A stretch of 64,000 nt of DNA from a virus. Taxonomy: Duplodnaviria; Caudoviricetes. The notes beneath the pieces are model-generated. The model saw nothing but the letters and a program-made list of their open reading frames with translations. It did no database searches and was not told the origin of the DNA. Positions 18,698 to 28,303 of the stretch are shown one piece after another (the first letter of the stretch is position 1; every line of letters starts with the position of its first letter). Made by a program: the position numbers and the translations under genes. Location: positions 1 to 64,000 of the IMG/VR virus record IMGVR_UViG_3300033463_000081. The stretch is one strand, 5' to 3'.

Positions 18698-20477
18698 TAC
18701 CGACACTTGGGCGGAGCTTGCCAAGGGCATCAAGCGCCTGAACGGTCAGTACGGCTCTCTCGGAATGGGTTCCATCTTCTCCGCGTGGACAGCGGCTGGA
18801 GGAATGAGCCTGTTCACCAGTTGGCCCCAAATCCAAAACTCAAGGATAAAGGGAATCAACACAAGAGCGGCCGATTACACCAAAGACCAAATCGCCGAGA
18901 TGGTTCAGAATCCATCTGCGAACGAGCGTCCGCTCCGCGCCGTGTCCGCGGCGTTGGACACTTCGGCGATGACCTATGCCATCATCCTCGATGCCTATCA
19001 GAATATCCCAACCTATGACTGGTACGTTTATCCCTCTGAGGGATTGGACGAGGTTGGGTTCAAACAGATGCTCCGTGATTTCGTGCTTGTGCAGAAACTC
19101 GCCGACAAGATGAACCCGAGCGCTACGGCTCGGAAAATCAACGGCCAGTGCGCCAAGTACGGAAAGGTTTTTTACACGCCGAGATATGACGTGGATAAAT
19201 CCCACAGCAAAGTGAAGTACGCTTTCCTGCAACAGCTTCCTACCGACTGGTGCATGATTGTCGGAGAGAACAACGGACCGGGGAAATACACCGTGGCGTT
19301 CAATCTGATGTATTTCTGCACTCCCGGCACTGACCCGCGCCAATTTGGAGACCTCTTCCTCCCCTACATGGATGCGTTTGGCGAAGTCATTGAGGAGAGA
19401 AGCAGTTACATATACACATCGAAGGGGCAACGATACGGAATCAACGCCGAACGGTTCCGTGCCAACGAAACGGGAGCCACGGTGGGAAATCCCACTTGGT
19501 ATCAGGTGGGAACAGTTAATTATTACTGGGTCAACCTGCCTGCGGATAAGGTCATCGTGTTTGAGCGCAATGACCGTGTGGTGGACAACATCCCTGAAAC
19601 AACGGGCATGATGGTGAGCATGGCGCAGATACCCGCGTATGAGGCTGCGCAGTTGGAGATAATCCTAAACCCGCTGACCTCCATCATGACGGGCGAACTG
19701 CCGATGTACGATACGCAAGGAGTTCCCGGAGCAGACCCCATAGCCATATCCCCGGCGCAGAGGGAACTGTTCGAGTCTTTTTGGTATCAGATGCTTTCGG
19801 CGAACAATACGTCCGGCATTGGGCTTTATCTCGCTCCGGCGAAGAACATGAAGCTGCAGACGATAACGGACTCCGTGAGTTCCACGTCCATTGCGGAACA
19901 CGCCTATTCCGATCAGGTGCAGAAAGCCGGACTCGCTTCCGTGATACCCACATCCGAAGACCCAAAGGTCGGCGTTGCGGAACTGTCCGCCAAGATAGCG
20001 GCGCGGAAAGTACAGCCCATATACAGTACATTCGCCACCATGATGAACGCCATTTTTGAGAGCCTGAATCTCAAGACCACAATGCGGTTCAATATGTTTG
20101 GCGATGTGTTCAGCCGTGAGCATGAGATGGAGCAAGCCCGCAAGGACATGACGCTCGGACTCATGGAGGCTACGTTCAAATATAACGCCATGATGGGACA
20201 CAGCCTGCTTGACGATTTGGCAATCAGCAAGTTCGTGGTCGAAAGTGGCATCATGAACCGCAGACAGCCGCTCATCTCCACATATAGTGCAAGGCAGAGG
20301 GACGGTACGCTTCCTCCGCAGGCGGCGCAGGAACTCAATCCGGGCGGAAGACCGCCGGAAGACGGCAGCGAATCCGGGCAGAAACAGAGAGACCTTCTTC
20401 CCGGTGGCGGTGGGGGCGGAGATGTCGCTCCCACGCATAGGGTAGACCCCAGAGACCATTGGGATGATTTCGATTAA
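18663..20477 (+). CDS. Portal protein
   Basis: 604 aa, follows the terminase and precedes the scaffold. Confidence 0.7.
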   Translation: MAETPMVTEQVNTDTWAELAKGIKRLNGQYGSLGMGSIFSAWTAAGGMSLFTSWPQIQNSRIKGINTRAADYTKDQIAEMVQNPSANERPLRAVSAALDTSAMTYAIILDAYQNIPTYDWYVYPSEGLDEVGFKQMLRDFVLVQKLADKMNPSATARKINGQCAKYGKVFYTPRYDVDKSHSKVKYAFLQQLPTDWCMIVGENNGPGKYTVAFNLMYFCTPGTDPRQFGDLFLPYMDAFGEVIEERSSYIYTSKGQRYGINAERFRANETGATVGNPTWYQVGTVNYYWVNLPADKVIVFERNDRVVDNIPETTGMMVSMAQIPAYEAAQLEIILNPLTSIMTGELPMYDTQGVPGADPIAISPAQRELFESFWYQMLSANNTSGIGLYLAPAKNMKLQTITDSVSSTSIAEHAYSDQVQKAGLASVIPTSEDPKVGVAELSAKIAARKVQPIYSTFATMMNAIFESLNLKTTMRFNMFGDVFSREHEMEQARKDMTLGLMEATFKYNAMMGHSLLDDLAISKFVVESGIMNRRQPLISTYSARQRDGTLPPQAAQELNPGGRPPEDGSESGQKQRDLLPGGGGGGDVAPTHRVDPRDHWDDFD

Positions 20478-20492
20478 GAAAGGGTGAGGCAG

Positions 20493-21965
20493 ATGGAAAA
20501 GAACAGAGCGTTTACCGGGCAGCTCAAGGTAATGGAAACTGCCAACCCAAAGCTCTACGCCGTGGAAATCATGGCGCTGAACTCACTGGTGAACAGAAAC
20601 AACTGGCAGTATGTGAACCTTGAGAAGCACCTGAATGAATTTCTGGATATCCCCATTCTGACCGCCTATGTCGGCGGCGGGATGGTTGTCGGGGACGGCC
20701 ACAACTACAACATGAAGACCGACCCGAACACGGGAGAGCAGTATGCGTCCTTTACCGCGTCAGATGCCGAGCGCATCGTGGGATGGATTCCAAAAGACCC
20801 TGAGAACGTCCGACTGGAAGTCGTTGACGGAACGGAATGGGTCATCGTCAAAGGGAATCTCTGGGCGTGGTACGCAAAAGAACTCGTAGACCAAATTGCC
20901 AGACAGGGTGGCATGGAGGTTTCGATAGAAACATTGGTGACGGACGAGCGCCAGGGAGAGGACGGAGTGGATATCGAGGAGAAATATTTAGTCCTCGGAA
21001 TCACGATACTTGGCAACGGCGTTGAGCCTGCCGTAGCCGGGGCGAACATCAAGACCCTCTCCGAACTTTCGGAACTGCGGAGCAACATGGCGGAAAACAT
21101 TTTGAAAGCCGCCAGCTACGCAAAACCGAATGACGTCCGAGAGGAAGACGAGCCGGAAGACGAACCGACCGAAGATGAGCCGGAGGAGCCTGACGAGGAG
21201 CCTTCCGAAGAATCCCCCAAAGACAATGAAAACAAAGGAGTGAAAAAGTCCATGACCTATTTCAGCCGCAAGCAGCTTGCGGAACTGGGCAAAAAGTTCC
21301 CGGACTATAAGGTTCTTGCCGCCGTGCAGACGGAGGCGGGAGATATCCGGGTGTGCCTGATGTCGAAGGACGCCAACACTTCTGTCTACAAGATGGATAG
21401 CATCGACGAAACCATCGTGCCGGAGAAATTCCGCAGTTCTACCACCAAGGTCAACTTTGATATCGGTGAGGACTGCGACAACGCCGAGGTCGATACCTGC
21501 GAGGTCATCGACTCTCTTTCTGCGGAACTGGCCGAGGCTTGCAACAATGCGTCCGACATGGAGCAGAAGCTGAACGCAGCCAACGAGCGCATCAAGGCGA
21601 TGGAAACCGCCGAACGCGCCCGCCGTGTGCAGGCCGCCAAGGACAAGGCTCATGCCGTCCTGAATGGTCTGAATGCCAACCGCGCCGCCAAAGCGCAGTT
21701 TGAGGACTCCATCCTCAATTCCGTCATCTCCGACATCGACGCCGGTAAATACACTGAGCGCGTCAACTCCGACGGCCTGTGGGTCGGCGATGCCGAAGTC
21801 GAGCGTGACGTTTCCTTCCTCTGCATGAACGAGCAGAAGGAAATGGACAGAAAGGCCAAGGAAGCCGCTGAGACCACCTTCGCCTACAATAAGTTCCTCA
21901 ATGATAAGGGCGACCAGCCCGACAGCATCGAGGGCCTGCTGTCCGATCTGGACAAAATCATCTAA
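20493..21965 (+). CDS. Prohead protease/scaffold
   Basis: N-terminal protease-like region (VSIE, GITILG...PAV..A), acidic linker, coiled-coil C-terminus. Confidence 0.7.
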   Translation: MEKNRAFTGQLKVMETANPKLYAVEIMALNSLVNRNNWQYVNLEKHLNEFLDIPILTAYVGGGMVVGDGHNYNMKTDPNTGEQYASFTASDAERIVGWIPKDPENVRLEVVDGTEWVIVKGNLWAWYAKELVDQIARQGGMEVSIETLVTDERQGEDGVDIEEKYLVLGITILGNGVEPAVAGANIKTLSELSELRSNMAENILKAASYAKPNDVREEDEPEDEPTEDEPEEPDEEPSEESPKDNENKGVKKSMTYFSRKQLAELGKKFPDYKVLAAVQTEAGDIRVCLMSKDANTSVYKMDSIDETIVPEKFRSSTTKVNFDIGEDCDNAEVDTCEVIDSLSAELAEACNNASDMEQKLNAANERIKAMETAERARRVQAAKDKAHAVLNGLNANRAAKAQFEDSILNSVISDIDAGKYTERVNSDGLWVGDAEVERDVSFLCMNEQKEMDRKAKEAAETTFAYNKFLNDKGDQPDSIEGLLSDLDKII

Positions 21966-21983
21966 TAGGAGAGTGAGACAATA

Positions 21984-22565
21984 ATGGCTTTTATTGCTAA
22001 CACCGCGTTCGAGGCCCGCATCGTAAACGACCGTTTCGATGACCTCGCCAATATCGCCGGGAAGTATTTTGTCTCCACGACCGCTACCGATTGCTCCGCC
22101 GGTCAGCTGTGCGTCCGCGACAGCCTGCTGGACTGCGAGGGCTTCAGCGGCGTGAAGAATGAAAACACTTGGAAGATGGTCAAGGCGACCAACTCCACCA
22201 CCGCCGGTACGCCCATCTACGCCTGCGACCCCCACGACTGGCCGCTTGCCTCCGTTAAGGGCGAACTTTATGCCGTCGGGACTGAGACCCTCGGCCTCGG
22301 CATTCCCGCCGGACGCTACGGCTCCTTCCGCCGCGTCCACTTCGACGGCGAATCTGTCTATCGCTTCGGCGTGGGCAACCTGAGTGCTTCTCTGAGCACC
22401 AACACATTTTTCACTATCAGCGCCGACGGCCTGCTGACTCCCGCCGCCTCCGCTCCCGTCACTGCCGGAACTCCCTATTTCAAGCTGATGGGAAGCGGCA
22501 ACTTTACCGAGGGTACGAGCGCCAGCTTCGGCTACGTCGATTGCTTGGCCTGCGTCGCTGAATGA
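21984..22565 (+). CDS. Head decoration/minor capsid protein
   Basis: Between scaffold and MCP; strongly biased codons like the MCP. Confidence 0.6.
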   Translation: MAFIANTAFEARIVNDRFDDLANIAGKYFVSTTATDCSAGQLCVRDSLLDCEGFSGVKNENTWKMVKATNSTTAGTPIYACDPHDWPLASVKGELYAVGTETLGLGIPAGRYGSFRRVHFDGESVYRFGVGNLSASLSTNTFFTISADGLLTPAASAPVTAGTPYFKLMGSGNFTEGTSASFGYVDCLACVAE

Positions 22566-22580
22566 GGGAGGTAACGAATA

Positions 22581-23816
22581 ATGAAACTTTCTCTTAACAG
22601 CATCAACCCCGGTGTGTTCAAGGTTTCCGCCGAGGACACCGTAGATAACAGCAACGCCCGCGCCACTATCGTTGGAACCGGCCGTATGCTCGCTTACGAG
22701 TACGCCCGCAAGGGTGCTATGGCTGTCCGTGCCGCTATGGGCAACAAGGACAACGAGATTGCCTCTGTCCTGTCTGCCGAGAAGTACAAGGAAGCCAACA
22801 CCAAGTTCCAAGCGGCCCACCTGCTGTACGCCGCTCGTCAGGCTGACGCCGTGCTCGGTCGCAAAGGCCCCGCCGACTTCGAGGAGTTCAAGCGCAACGG
22901 CAAGAACTACGTCAACAACGACCTGTTCCTGAAGGTTCTGATGGGCATCTATCAGGAGATTCTGACCCCCATCCTGCCCCGCGTCTACAGCGAGGCCGTT
23001 GGTGTGTTCGCCGAGGTCGTGGAAGTTCCCTTCGGTGAGACCCACATGATTAGCATCACGTCGAATGATATTGTCTGCTTCCAAGACTCCGCTTGGGGCG
23101 CTTCCCGTAGCGTTCCCCGCAACCGTTTCTACAGCAAGGACGTTGTGCTGAATCCCCAGCCCCGCACCGCGCAAATCAATGCGAAGTGGACTCAGCTGGT
23201 CGGCACGAACACCGACTTCGGTCAGTTCTTTGCGAACATCACCGCCGGTATGTACGCCAAGACGATGGGTCTGTGGAATGCCGCTATGTCTGCCGCCATT
23301 CTGGACACCTCCCTTGTCCCCTCTAATCTGAGCGTGACCTTCAGCACTCAGAACTGGGTCAAGCTGGCGAACCGTCTGAGCGCCGTGAACAACACGCCCA
23401 TCAGCAACGCTATCGCTTGGGGTTCCTATCCCGCACTGGCGCAGATTCTTCCCTCTGACGTGACCGGCTCCACCAACGTGAACATGGATGCCGCCATCGC
23501 CACTCTGCTGGGCGCTGACTACACCCGTGCCGGTTATCTGGGCGAGTTCATGGCTGTGCGTCTGATGCCTCTGGTCGATGTCATCATCCCCGGCACTCAG
23601 AACACCACTGTGTCCACCATGCTGTCCGACTCCACCGCTTATATGATGAGCGGCAACGGTCGCAAGCCCCTGACCATCGGCTATACCGAGGGTACTCCTA
23701 TCACCCTTGAGGTTGACCCCTCCAAGGCTGGCGATATGGAGATTGCCATCAACATCACGATGGGCGTCGATTCTGTGGCAGTTTTCGCTGACCACATCGG
23801 TGTGATTAATTTCTAA
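22581..23816 (+). CDS. Major capsid protein
   Basis: 411 aa, position, high-expression codon bias. Confidence 0.75.
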   Translation: MKLSLNSINPGVFKVSAEDTVDNSNARATIVGTGRMLAYEYARKGAMAVRAAMGNKDNEIASVLSAEKYKEANTKFQAAHLLYAARQADAVLGRKGPADFEEFKRNGKNYVNNDLFLKVLMGIYQEILTPILPRVYSEAVGVFAEVVEVPFGETHMISITSNDIVCFQDSAWGASRSVPRNRFYSKDVVLNPQPRTAQINAKWTQLVGTNTDFGQFFANITAGMYAKTMGLWNAAMSAAILDTSLVPSNLSVTFSTQNWVKLANRLSAVNNTPISNAIAWGSYPALAQILPSDVTGSTNVNMDAAIATLLGADYTRAGYLGEFMAVRLMPLVDVIIPGTQNTTVSTMLSDSTAYMMSGNGRKPLTIGYTEGTPITLEVDPSKAGDMEIAINITMGVDSVAVFADHIGVINF

Positions 23817-23820
23817 TTTC

Positions 23821-23845
23821 ATAGGGGCGGGCAATCCGCCCCTAT
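23821..23845 (+). terminator. Stable hairpin after the MCP gene
   Basis: ATAGGGGCGG-GCAA-TCCGCCCCTAT. Confidence 0.7.
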
Positions 23846-23851
23846 CCATAT

Positions 23852-23921
23852 GCTGACATAGCTCAGTGGGAGAGCGGTAGATTTCAATCTACAGACGTTG
23901 GTTCGATTCCAACTGGACAGA
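23852..23921 (+). pseudogene. Degenerate tRNA-like element
   Basis: Intact D arm (GCTC/GAGC) and T arm (GTTGG-TTCGATT-CCAAC); 6-nt anticodon loop TTTCAA; 3' acceptor TGGACAG mispairs with GCTGACA; no CCA. Confidence 0.7.
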
Positions 23922-24020
23922 GGGTGCAACGCTAGACCAAAAGCGGAGGGCCGGTAGGAAACGGTATGAATCCGGCAGTAGAACTGGAAATGCGAATGTA
24001 GTACGGGACCGGCCCAACTT
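23922..24020 (+). ncRNA. Candidate structured RNA after the pseudo-tRNA
   Basis: CGCT/AGCG hairpin; GGGCCGGT (23948) pairs with ACCGGCCC (24008); intergenic. Confidence 0.4.
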
Positions 24021-24064
24021 AAAAAATGAATAACAATAGCTAAAAAGGAGAAAGTTAGACGGCT

Positions 24065-24859
24065 ATGGCAAATTACGCGACAATGAAGAAGGATGACCTT
24101 ATTGCCCTTGCGAAAGAACAGGGCATTGATGCGGACAGCACCATGACAAAGGCGGAAATCATCGCCGCCATCGAGGGCGAATCGGCAAAACGTGAGGAAA
24201 TTGCCGAAAGTCCCTCAGAAAACGTGGAAGAGCCTGCGGTTGACCCGGCCGTGGAACTACTCAAGGCACAGAACGAACTGCTCCAGAAACAGATGGAAGA
24301 ACTCCAGAGGCAGTTGCTTGCGCTTCAGCGCCCGCAGGTGATTCAGGTAGCCGCCGACACCGAGCGTGTGCATTTTCTGTGGCAGGCGGAAGTTGCGGAC
24401 TACAACCTCGTGACATTCGGCCCCGGAGGTATGTACGGTTCCATCACGGGCAAGACGGGAACGTTCTCCGTTCCGAAGAACGAACTGAGCCGCATCCTCG
24501 ATGACAAGAATCGTAGATTCCTTGCGAATCGTTGGCTCATCGTACTGGACGGACTGGACGATGACGAGAGAGTGAGCCTCGGCGTTGACTACAAAGAGGG
24601 CGAAATCATCGGACGGAATGCGTTCATGCACCTCGTTGATATGCCCAAGGAAGAAATCTGCGAGGTCTACGAGAAACTGTGTCCGAGCCACAAAGAGATG
24701 GTAGGACAGCGTTTCTATGACGCATGGCAGAACGGGAGCCAGTCCGTGACCCGCGATAAGGTCATTGCCCTTCGCAACATCACCCGCGACCAAGGTCTGG
24801 ATATTAAGGCGTTCCAGCAAATCGTGCAGGAAATGAACGCCGCTGACGAGGAGGAATAA
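24065..24859 (+). CDS. Head-associated protein with N-terminal Rho-N/HeH-like domain
   Basis: MKKDDLIALAKEQGIDADSTMTKAEIIAAI. Confidence 0.65.
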   Translation: MANYATMKKDDLIALAKEQGIDADSTMTKAEIIAAIEGESAKREEIAESPSENVEEPAVDPAVELLKAQNELLQKQMEELQRQLLALQRPQVIQVAADTERVHFLWQAEVADYNLVTFGPGGMYGSITGKTGTFSVPKNELSRILDDKNRRFLANRWLIVLDGLDDDERVSLGVDYKEGEIIGRNAFMHLVDMPKEEICEVYEKLCPSHKEMVGQRFYDAWQNGSQSVTRDKVIALRNITRDQGLDIKAFQQIVQEMNAADEEE

Positions 24860-24862
24860 GAG

Positions 24863-25036
24863 ATGATTACGCTTGGAAACCTGAGTGACGTATTCATCGG
24901 GCTTCACGATGATGAGAAACCTACCGGGTGCTACAACGGAAGTGCCTTTCTTGAGATGGATACCGGCGCTATCTACCTGTTTGACGCGGCGTCTCAGGAG
25001 TGGCTTGCCACCTTTGCGCCCCCGGAGGAGGAGTAA
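24863..25036 (+). CDS. Small virion-type hypothetical protein
   Basis: 57 aa, DDEKPT...NGSAFLEMDTG.IYLFD; not in the ORF track. Confidence 0.55.
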   Translation: MITLGNLSDVFIGLHDDEKPTGCYNGSAFLEMDTGAIYLFDAASQEWLATFAPPEEE

Positions 25037-25039
25037 TCC

Positions 25040-25453
25040 ATGAGAGAAGCAATCATTGAGGTGGCCGTGCAGGTCATCGGCGCTATCCTGATGGGCGTTG
25101 TAAGCATCGCCTTTGCCTATGTCGGAAAGTGGATGGGACAGAACAAAAAGCTGGACACCCTTTCCGCCGCTATGGAACAGCTTGAGTTCGTGGTAAAGAA
25201 CGTGGTCGGCGAACTTCAGCAGACGATGGTAGAGGGTCTGAAGGAAGAGTCCGTGGACGGAAAACTTTCCGCAGAGGACATCTATGACCTCGGCAAACTG
25301 CTCGTGATGAAAGCTACCGAACAGCTTTCCGACCCAGCCTCTACTACGCTGGAGGCCGCAGGCATCGATATCGAGGGAATGATTCATTCTATCGCCGAAG
25401 CCTATATTGAGAAAATCAAGCGCGGTGACGCTTTCCTCACCGTAGCCCCTTGA
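25040..25453 (+). CDS. Holin (LL-H-like)
   Basis: One N-terminal TM then helical region, V...QQT.V..LK; IE..I. Confidence 0.65.
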   Translation: MREAIIEVAVQVIGAILMGVVSIAFAYVGKWMGQNKKLDTLSAAMEQLEFVVKNVVGELQQTMVEGLKEESVDGKLSAEDIYDLGKLLVMKATEQLSDPASTTLEAAGIDIEGMIHSIAEAYIEKIKRGDAFLTVAP

Positions 25454-25481
25454 TGGGGCATTAAGCAAGCATAGGAGGACG

Positions 25482-25790
25482 TTGACTATGGCTATGTCAC
25501 TGGAAGACCAAGCAGTTCTGCTGAAGGAAGTGGAAGACCGAAGCAAGGGGAATACCCGCCGCATCGAGACGCTTGAAAAGAAGGTGGATAACTTGGCCGA
25601 TGTGGTCAGCGTCCTCCAAGCCATGCAAAAAGACTTGGAGCACCTGTCCACGGACGTAAGGGAAACCAAGGAGGACGTAAAGGAACTCAAGGACAAGCCC
25701 GCGAAGAGATGGGAGGGCGTGGTAGAGAAAGTCATATACGCCGTAGTCGGCGCTGTGGTGGCTTTCATCCTCGCCAAAGGCGGATTGTGA
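25482..25790 (+). CDS. Haemolysin XhlA-like holin-associated protein
   Basis: Coiled coil ending KPAKRWEGVVEK and a C-terminal TM. Confidence 0.7.
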   Translation: MTMAMSLEDQAVLLKEVEDRSKGNTRRIETLEKKVDNLADVVSVLQAMQKDLEHLSTDVRETKEDVKELKDKPAKRWEGVVEKVIYAVVGAVVAFILAKGGL

Positions 25791-25942
25791 TGTTCGTTCC
25801 CCTGTTCTTCCTCGCAATAAGTGTCGCTTACCTGCTCAACGGCGTGTGGGAATACTGCGTGTTCCGGGCAATCAACTGGGACTATATCGTTATCATCGTG
25901 TCCTTTGCGGTCATGGCGATAGTCACGGCACATAAAAGATAA
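25790..25942 (+). CDS. Small 2-TM membrane protein
   Basis: 50 aa, hydrophobic, coupled start. Confidence 0.5.
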   Translation: MFVPLFFLAISVAYLLNGVWEYCVFRAINWDYIVIIVSFAVMAIVTAHKR

Positions 25943-26016
25943 ACGGACTTGGTGTAAAGGTAGCACACGGGACTTTGACTCCTGCGGTGGTGGTTCGACC
26001 CCACCAGTCTGTGCCA
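25943..26016 (+). tRNA. tRNA-Gln(TTG)
   Basis: ACGGACT/AGTCTGT acceptor, CT-TTG-AC loop, GGTGG-TTCGACC-CCACC, encoded CCA. Confidence 0.9.
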
Positions 26017-26019
26017 TAT

Positions 26020-26095
26020 TGCGGGTGGGAGGTCAGTATCTCGTCCGGCGTCATAAGCCGGAGAAACACGGTGCGATTCCGCTGACCCGCAACCA
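26020..26095 (+). tRNA. tRNA with CAT anticodon (Met or Ile2), atypical
   Basis: TGCGGGT/ACCCGCA acceptor, CCGGC-GTCATAA-GCCGG arm, ACCA end; T loop TGCGATT, imperfect T stem. Confidence 0.7.
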
Positions 26096-26115
26096 TAAAA
26101 AGGAGATGATGCCTG

Positions 26116-26811
26116 ATGGGAACATCCTTTGAGCAAATCGAATGTCAGGCTTTGACATATATAAAGAACGATATGTCCCTTGACTGGGACTTGCAGAACA
26201 GACTGCCCGTGTTCTATAGGCGCATGTGGAACTACATGCTGTCGGCTATCCCCCTGTTCAACAAGCCGCCCGTGATGCTCTCACGGCTCCACGCCTACAC
26301 CGAGCCTCAGTTCTCCGACATGATATTCACCGTGTCGGAAGAACCGCTTGGGCCGCTGTCGGTTGACACGGGAATCACCGACATGGACATCTGCTCCGCC
26401 GGAATCGTGCGCAACGATGAATTCGGCAACCCCGAATACCTTCCGCTGAACGTGGACAGCTACGATGCGGAAACGGGAGAGGTTGTAATTTCCGGCACTA
26501 TCGCCATCGGCGATGAGATTGATATCGACTTCTACAAGAGCGGCTCTTTCAACGTTGACCTGAACGCCACAGAATGCGACATCCTCGCGTTCTGCATCTA
26601 TGACGTGTGGGAGCATAGGTTCGACAACAACGCCCTTGAGCGGTCTTCCAAGATTCGTGACGCCAACTTCACAACTATAAGTGAGGCATCGCAGACGGCG
26701 GCGGGAACAGACCGCCAGCGTGAGGTCGATTCCCAGCTTTTCGACAAGCTCCGCATGTACGAGCAGACGGCGGCTTACATGAAGACCGTTGTAAATAATC
26801 CCCTCTTTTAA
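26116..26811 (+). CDS. Head-tail adaptor-like protein
   Basis: Position after the head genes. Confidence 0.5.
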   Translation: MGTSFEQIECQALTYIKNDMSLDWDLQNRLPVFYRRMWNYMLSAIPLFNKPPVMLSRLHAYTEPQFSDMIFTVSEEPLGPLSVDTGITDMDICSAGIVRNDEFGNPEYLPLNVDSYDAETGEVVISGTIAIGDEIDIDFYKSGSFNVDLNATECDILAFCIYDVWEHRFDNNALERSSKIRDANFTTISEASQTAAGTDRQREVDSQLFDKLRMYEQTAAYMKTVVNNPLF

Positions 26812-26834
26812 CAACGAACAAAGGAGTGTAGCCG

Positions 26835-28220
26835 ATGGCCGACATCACCACATACGCCAAGACCGCCGGAACACTCATCGGCGGGATGCCGAGAGGCAAA
26901 TCCAACCGAATCAATAAAGACGGTAGCCTGCGGACTCAGTTCTTCCAAAACGAAACGCAGGCGTACACGCAGGAGATGGGCATCTACGCCTCCAACGTAT
27001 ACGCCGCCGACTGCCAAGGGCTGAACCCGAACGACTTCTACGGATGGGATAGAATCAAGATTCGGTCTATCCGTGCGGCGCAGGCTCAGACGGGCGAAAC
27101 GATGCCCGACGATTGGCAGAGGATATACATCATAGACCCGGCGCGGTACACCTACATCCCACAGGGGGCGATGTTGAAATACGCCGACAATACTTGGGTT
27201 GTGTACAAGGGCAAAAACATGGAGGCTATCCTTGGAGCCGCCATCGTTCGCCGTTGCAACGCAGTTATCAATGTCCTCGACTGGTATGGCAATGTCGTGA
27301 CCGTTCCCATGTCCTACTCAAAAATGGGTACGCTGGGAAACGCCCCTCACACCACAGAAAACACCATTACCAGTAAGAACTATATCGCCTGTATCTGCCA
27401 GTTGAACGAATACAGCAGGCAGTTCCACGAGAATACGAGAATCATCCTCGGTGACACGGCCTACGCAATGCGGGGCATGGATGACTTCACACGGGAATTC
27501 ACCGATGACCCGAACTCCGTACATCTGCTCACGTTCACTATCGAAAGAGTCGAGGTTCAGCCCTTTGATAACATCGAACTGGGCGTGGCAGATTACGGAG
27601 GATTCAGTTGGGAACTGCATATCGACTGGAACAACTCCATGCGGACGGGGATGACGCAGACTCTGAACGTGACGAGCAGGCGGAACAACGTTCCTGTGGA
27701 GAACGGAGAGGAACATCCCATTTCCTATCTGTATGAGAGTTCCGATGAGTCCGTTCTGACCGTGGACGAACACGGCAACGTGACGGCGGTCGGAGAGGGC
27801 GAAGCCGAGATAACGGTAAGCCTCGCGCAAAATCCGGGCATCACGCAGACGGTGAATATCGAAGTGCCTGCCACGGAGAACGAGTACGTTGCGTTCACCA
27901 CGACTCTTCCGAAGACGCTCCACGAGGGCGAGAGCATTGAGATAGGCGCTACGTTCTTCCAAAACGGACTTGCCACAAACTTCCCCATCACCATCACGTT
28001 CAGCGGCGTGGAAGCCGGGGTGGTCGGTTTCAACCGGGTATATTCCTCCGAGAGCATTGCTCTTTCCAACACGGTATACAGCGGCGAAGCGTACTCCGAA
28101 GTCATAGACGCCGACAGCCGAGTAAAGCTGAACGTGTACCACGCCTCACAGAGACCGCTGACCGTAACAGCCGAATACAACGGCTATACCGCCACGGAAA
28201 CAGTGTGGCTTGTGACTTAA
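26835..28220 (+). CDS. Head-closure/neck protein with Ig-like (Big_2) domain
   Basis: YESSDESVLTVDEHGNVTAVGEGEAEITV. Confidence 0.6.
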   Translation: MADITTYAKTAGTLIGGMPRGKSNRINKDGSLRTQFFQNETQAYTQEMGIYASNVYAADCQGLNPNDFYGWDRIKIRSIRAAQAQTGETMPDDWQRIYIIDPARYTYIPQGAMLKYADNTWVVYKGKNMEAILGAAIVRRCNAVINVLDWYGNVVTVPMSYSKMGTLGNAPHTTENTITSKNYIACICQLNEYSRQFHENTRIILGDTAYAMRGMDDFTREFTDDPNSVHLLTFTIERVEVQPFDNIELGVADYGGFSWELHIDWNNSMRTGMTQTLNVTSRRNNVPVENGEEHPISYLYESSDESVLTVDEHGNVTAVGEGEAEITVSLAQNPGITQTVNIEVPATENEYVAFTTTLPKTLHEGESIEIGATFFQNGLATNFPITITFSGVEAGVVGFNRVYSSESIALSNTVYSGEAYSEVIDADSRVKLNVYHASQRPLTVTAEYNGYTATETVWLVT

Positions 28221-28303
28221 TACGATGTAACTACGGTTTCTTGTGGGTACAGCTTCGCATTAAATGGCCGGGGTGGGAGCCAGCGTCGCAGAAAGGGATA
28301 TAG

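Noticed and set aside
20988-23849. 953-aa minus-strand ORF (likewise 10037-11824, 24257-26017 and others)
   Set aside because: Antisense shadows of strongly codon-biased + strand genes; no RBS or domain signal.
23852-23921. Opal (TCA) suppressor tRNA and genome recoding
   Set aside because: The loop is 6 nt and the acceptor is broken; genes end normally at TGA and TAG with no sign of read-through.
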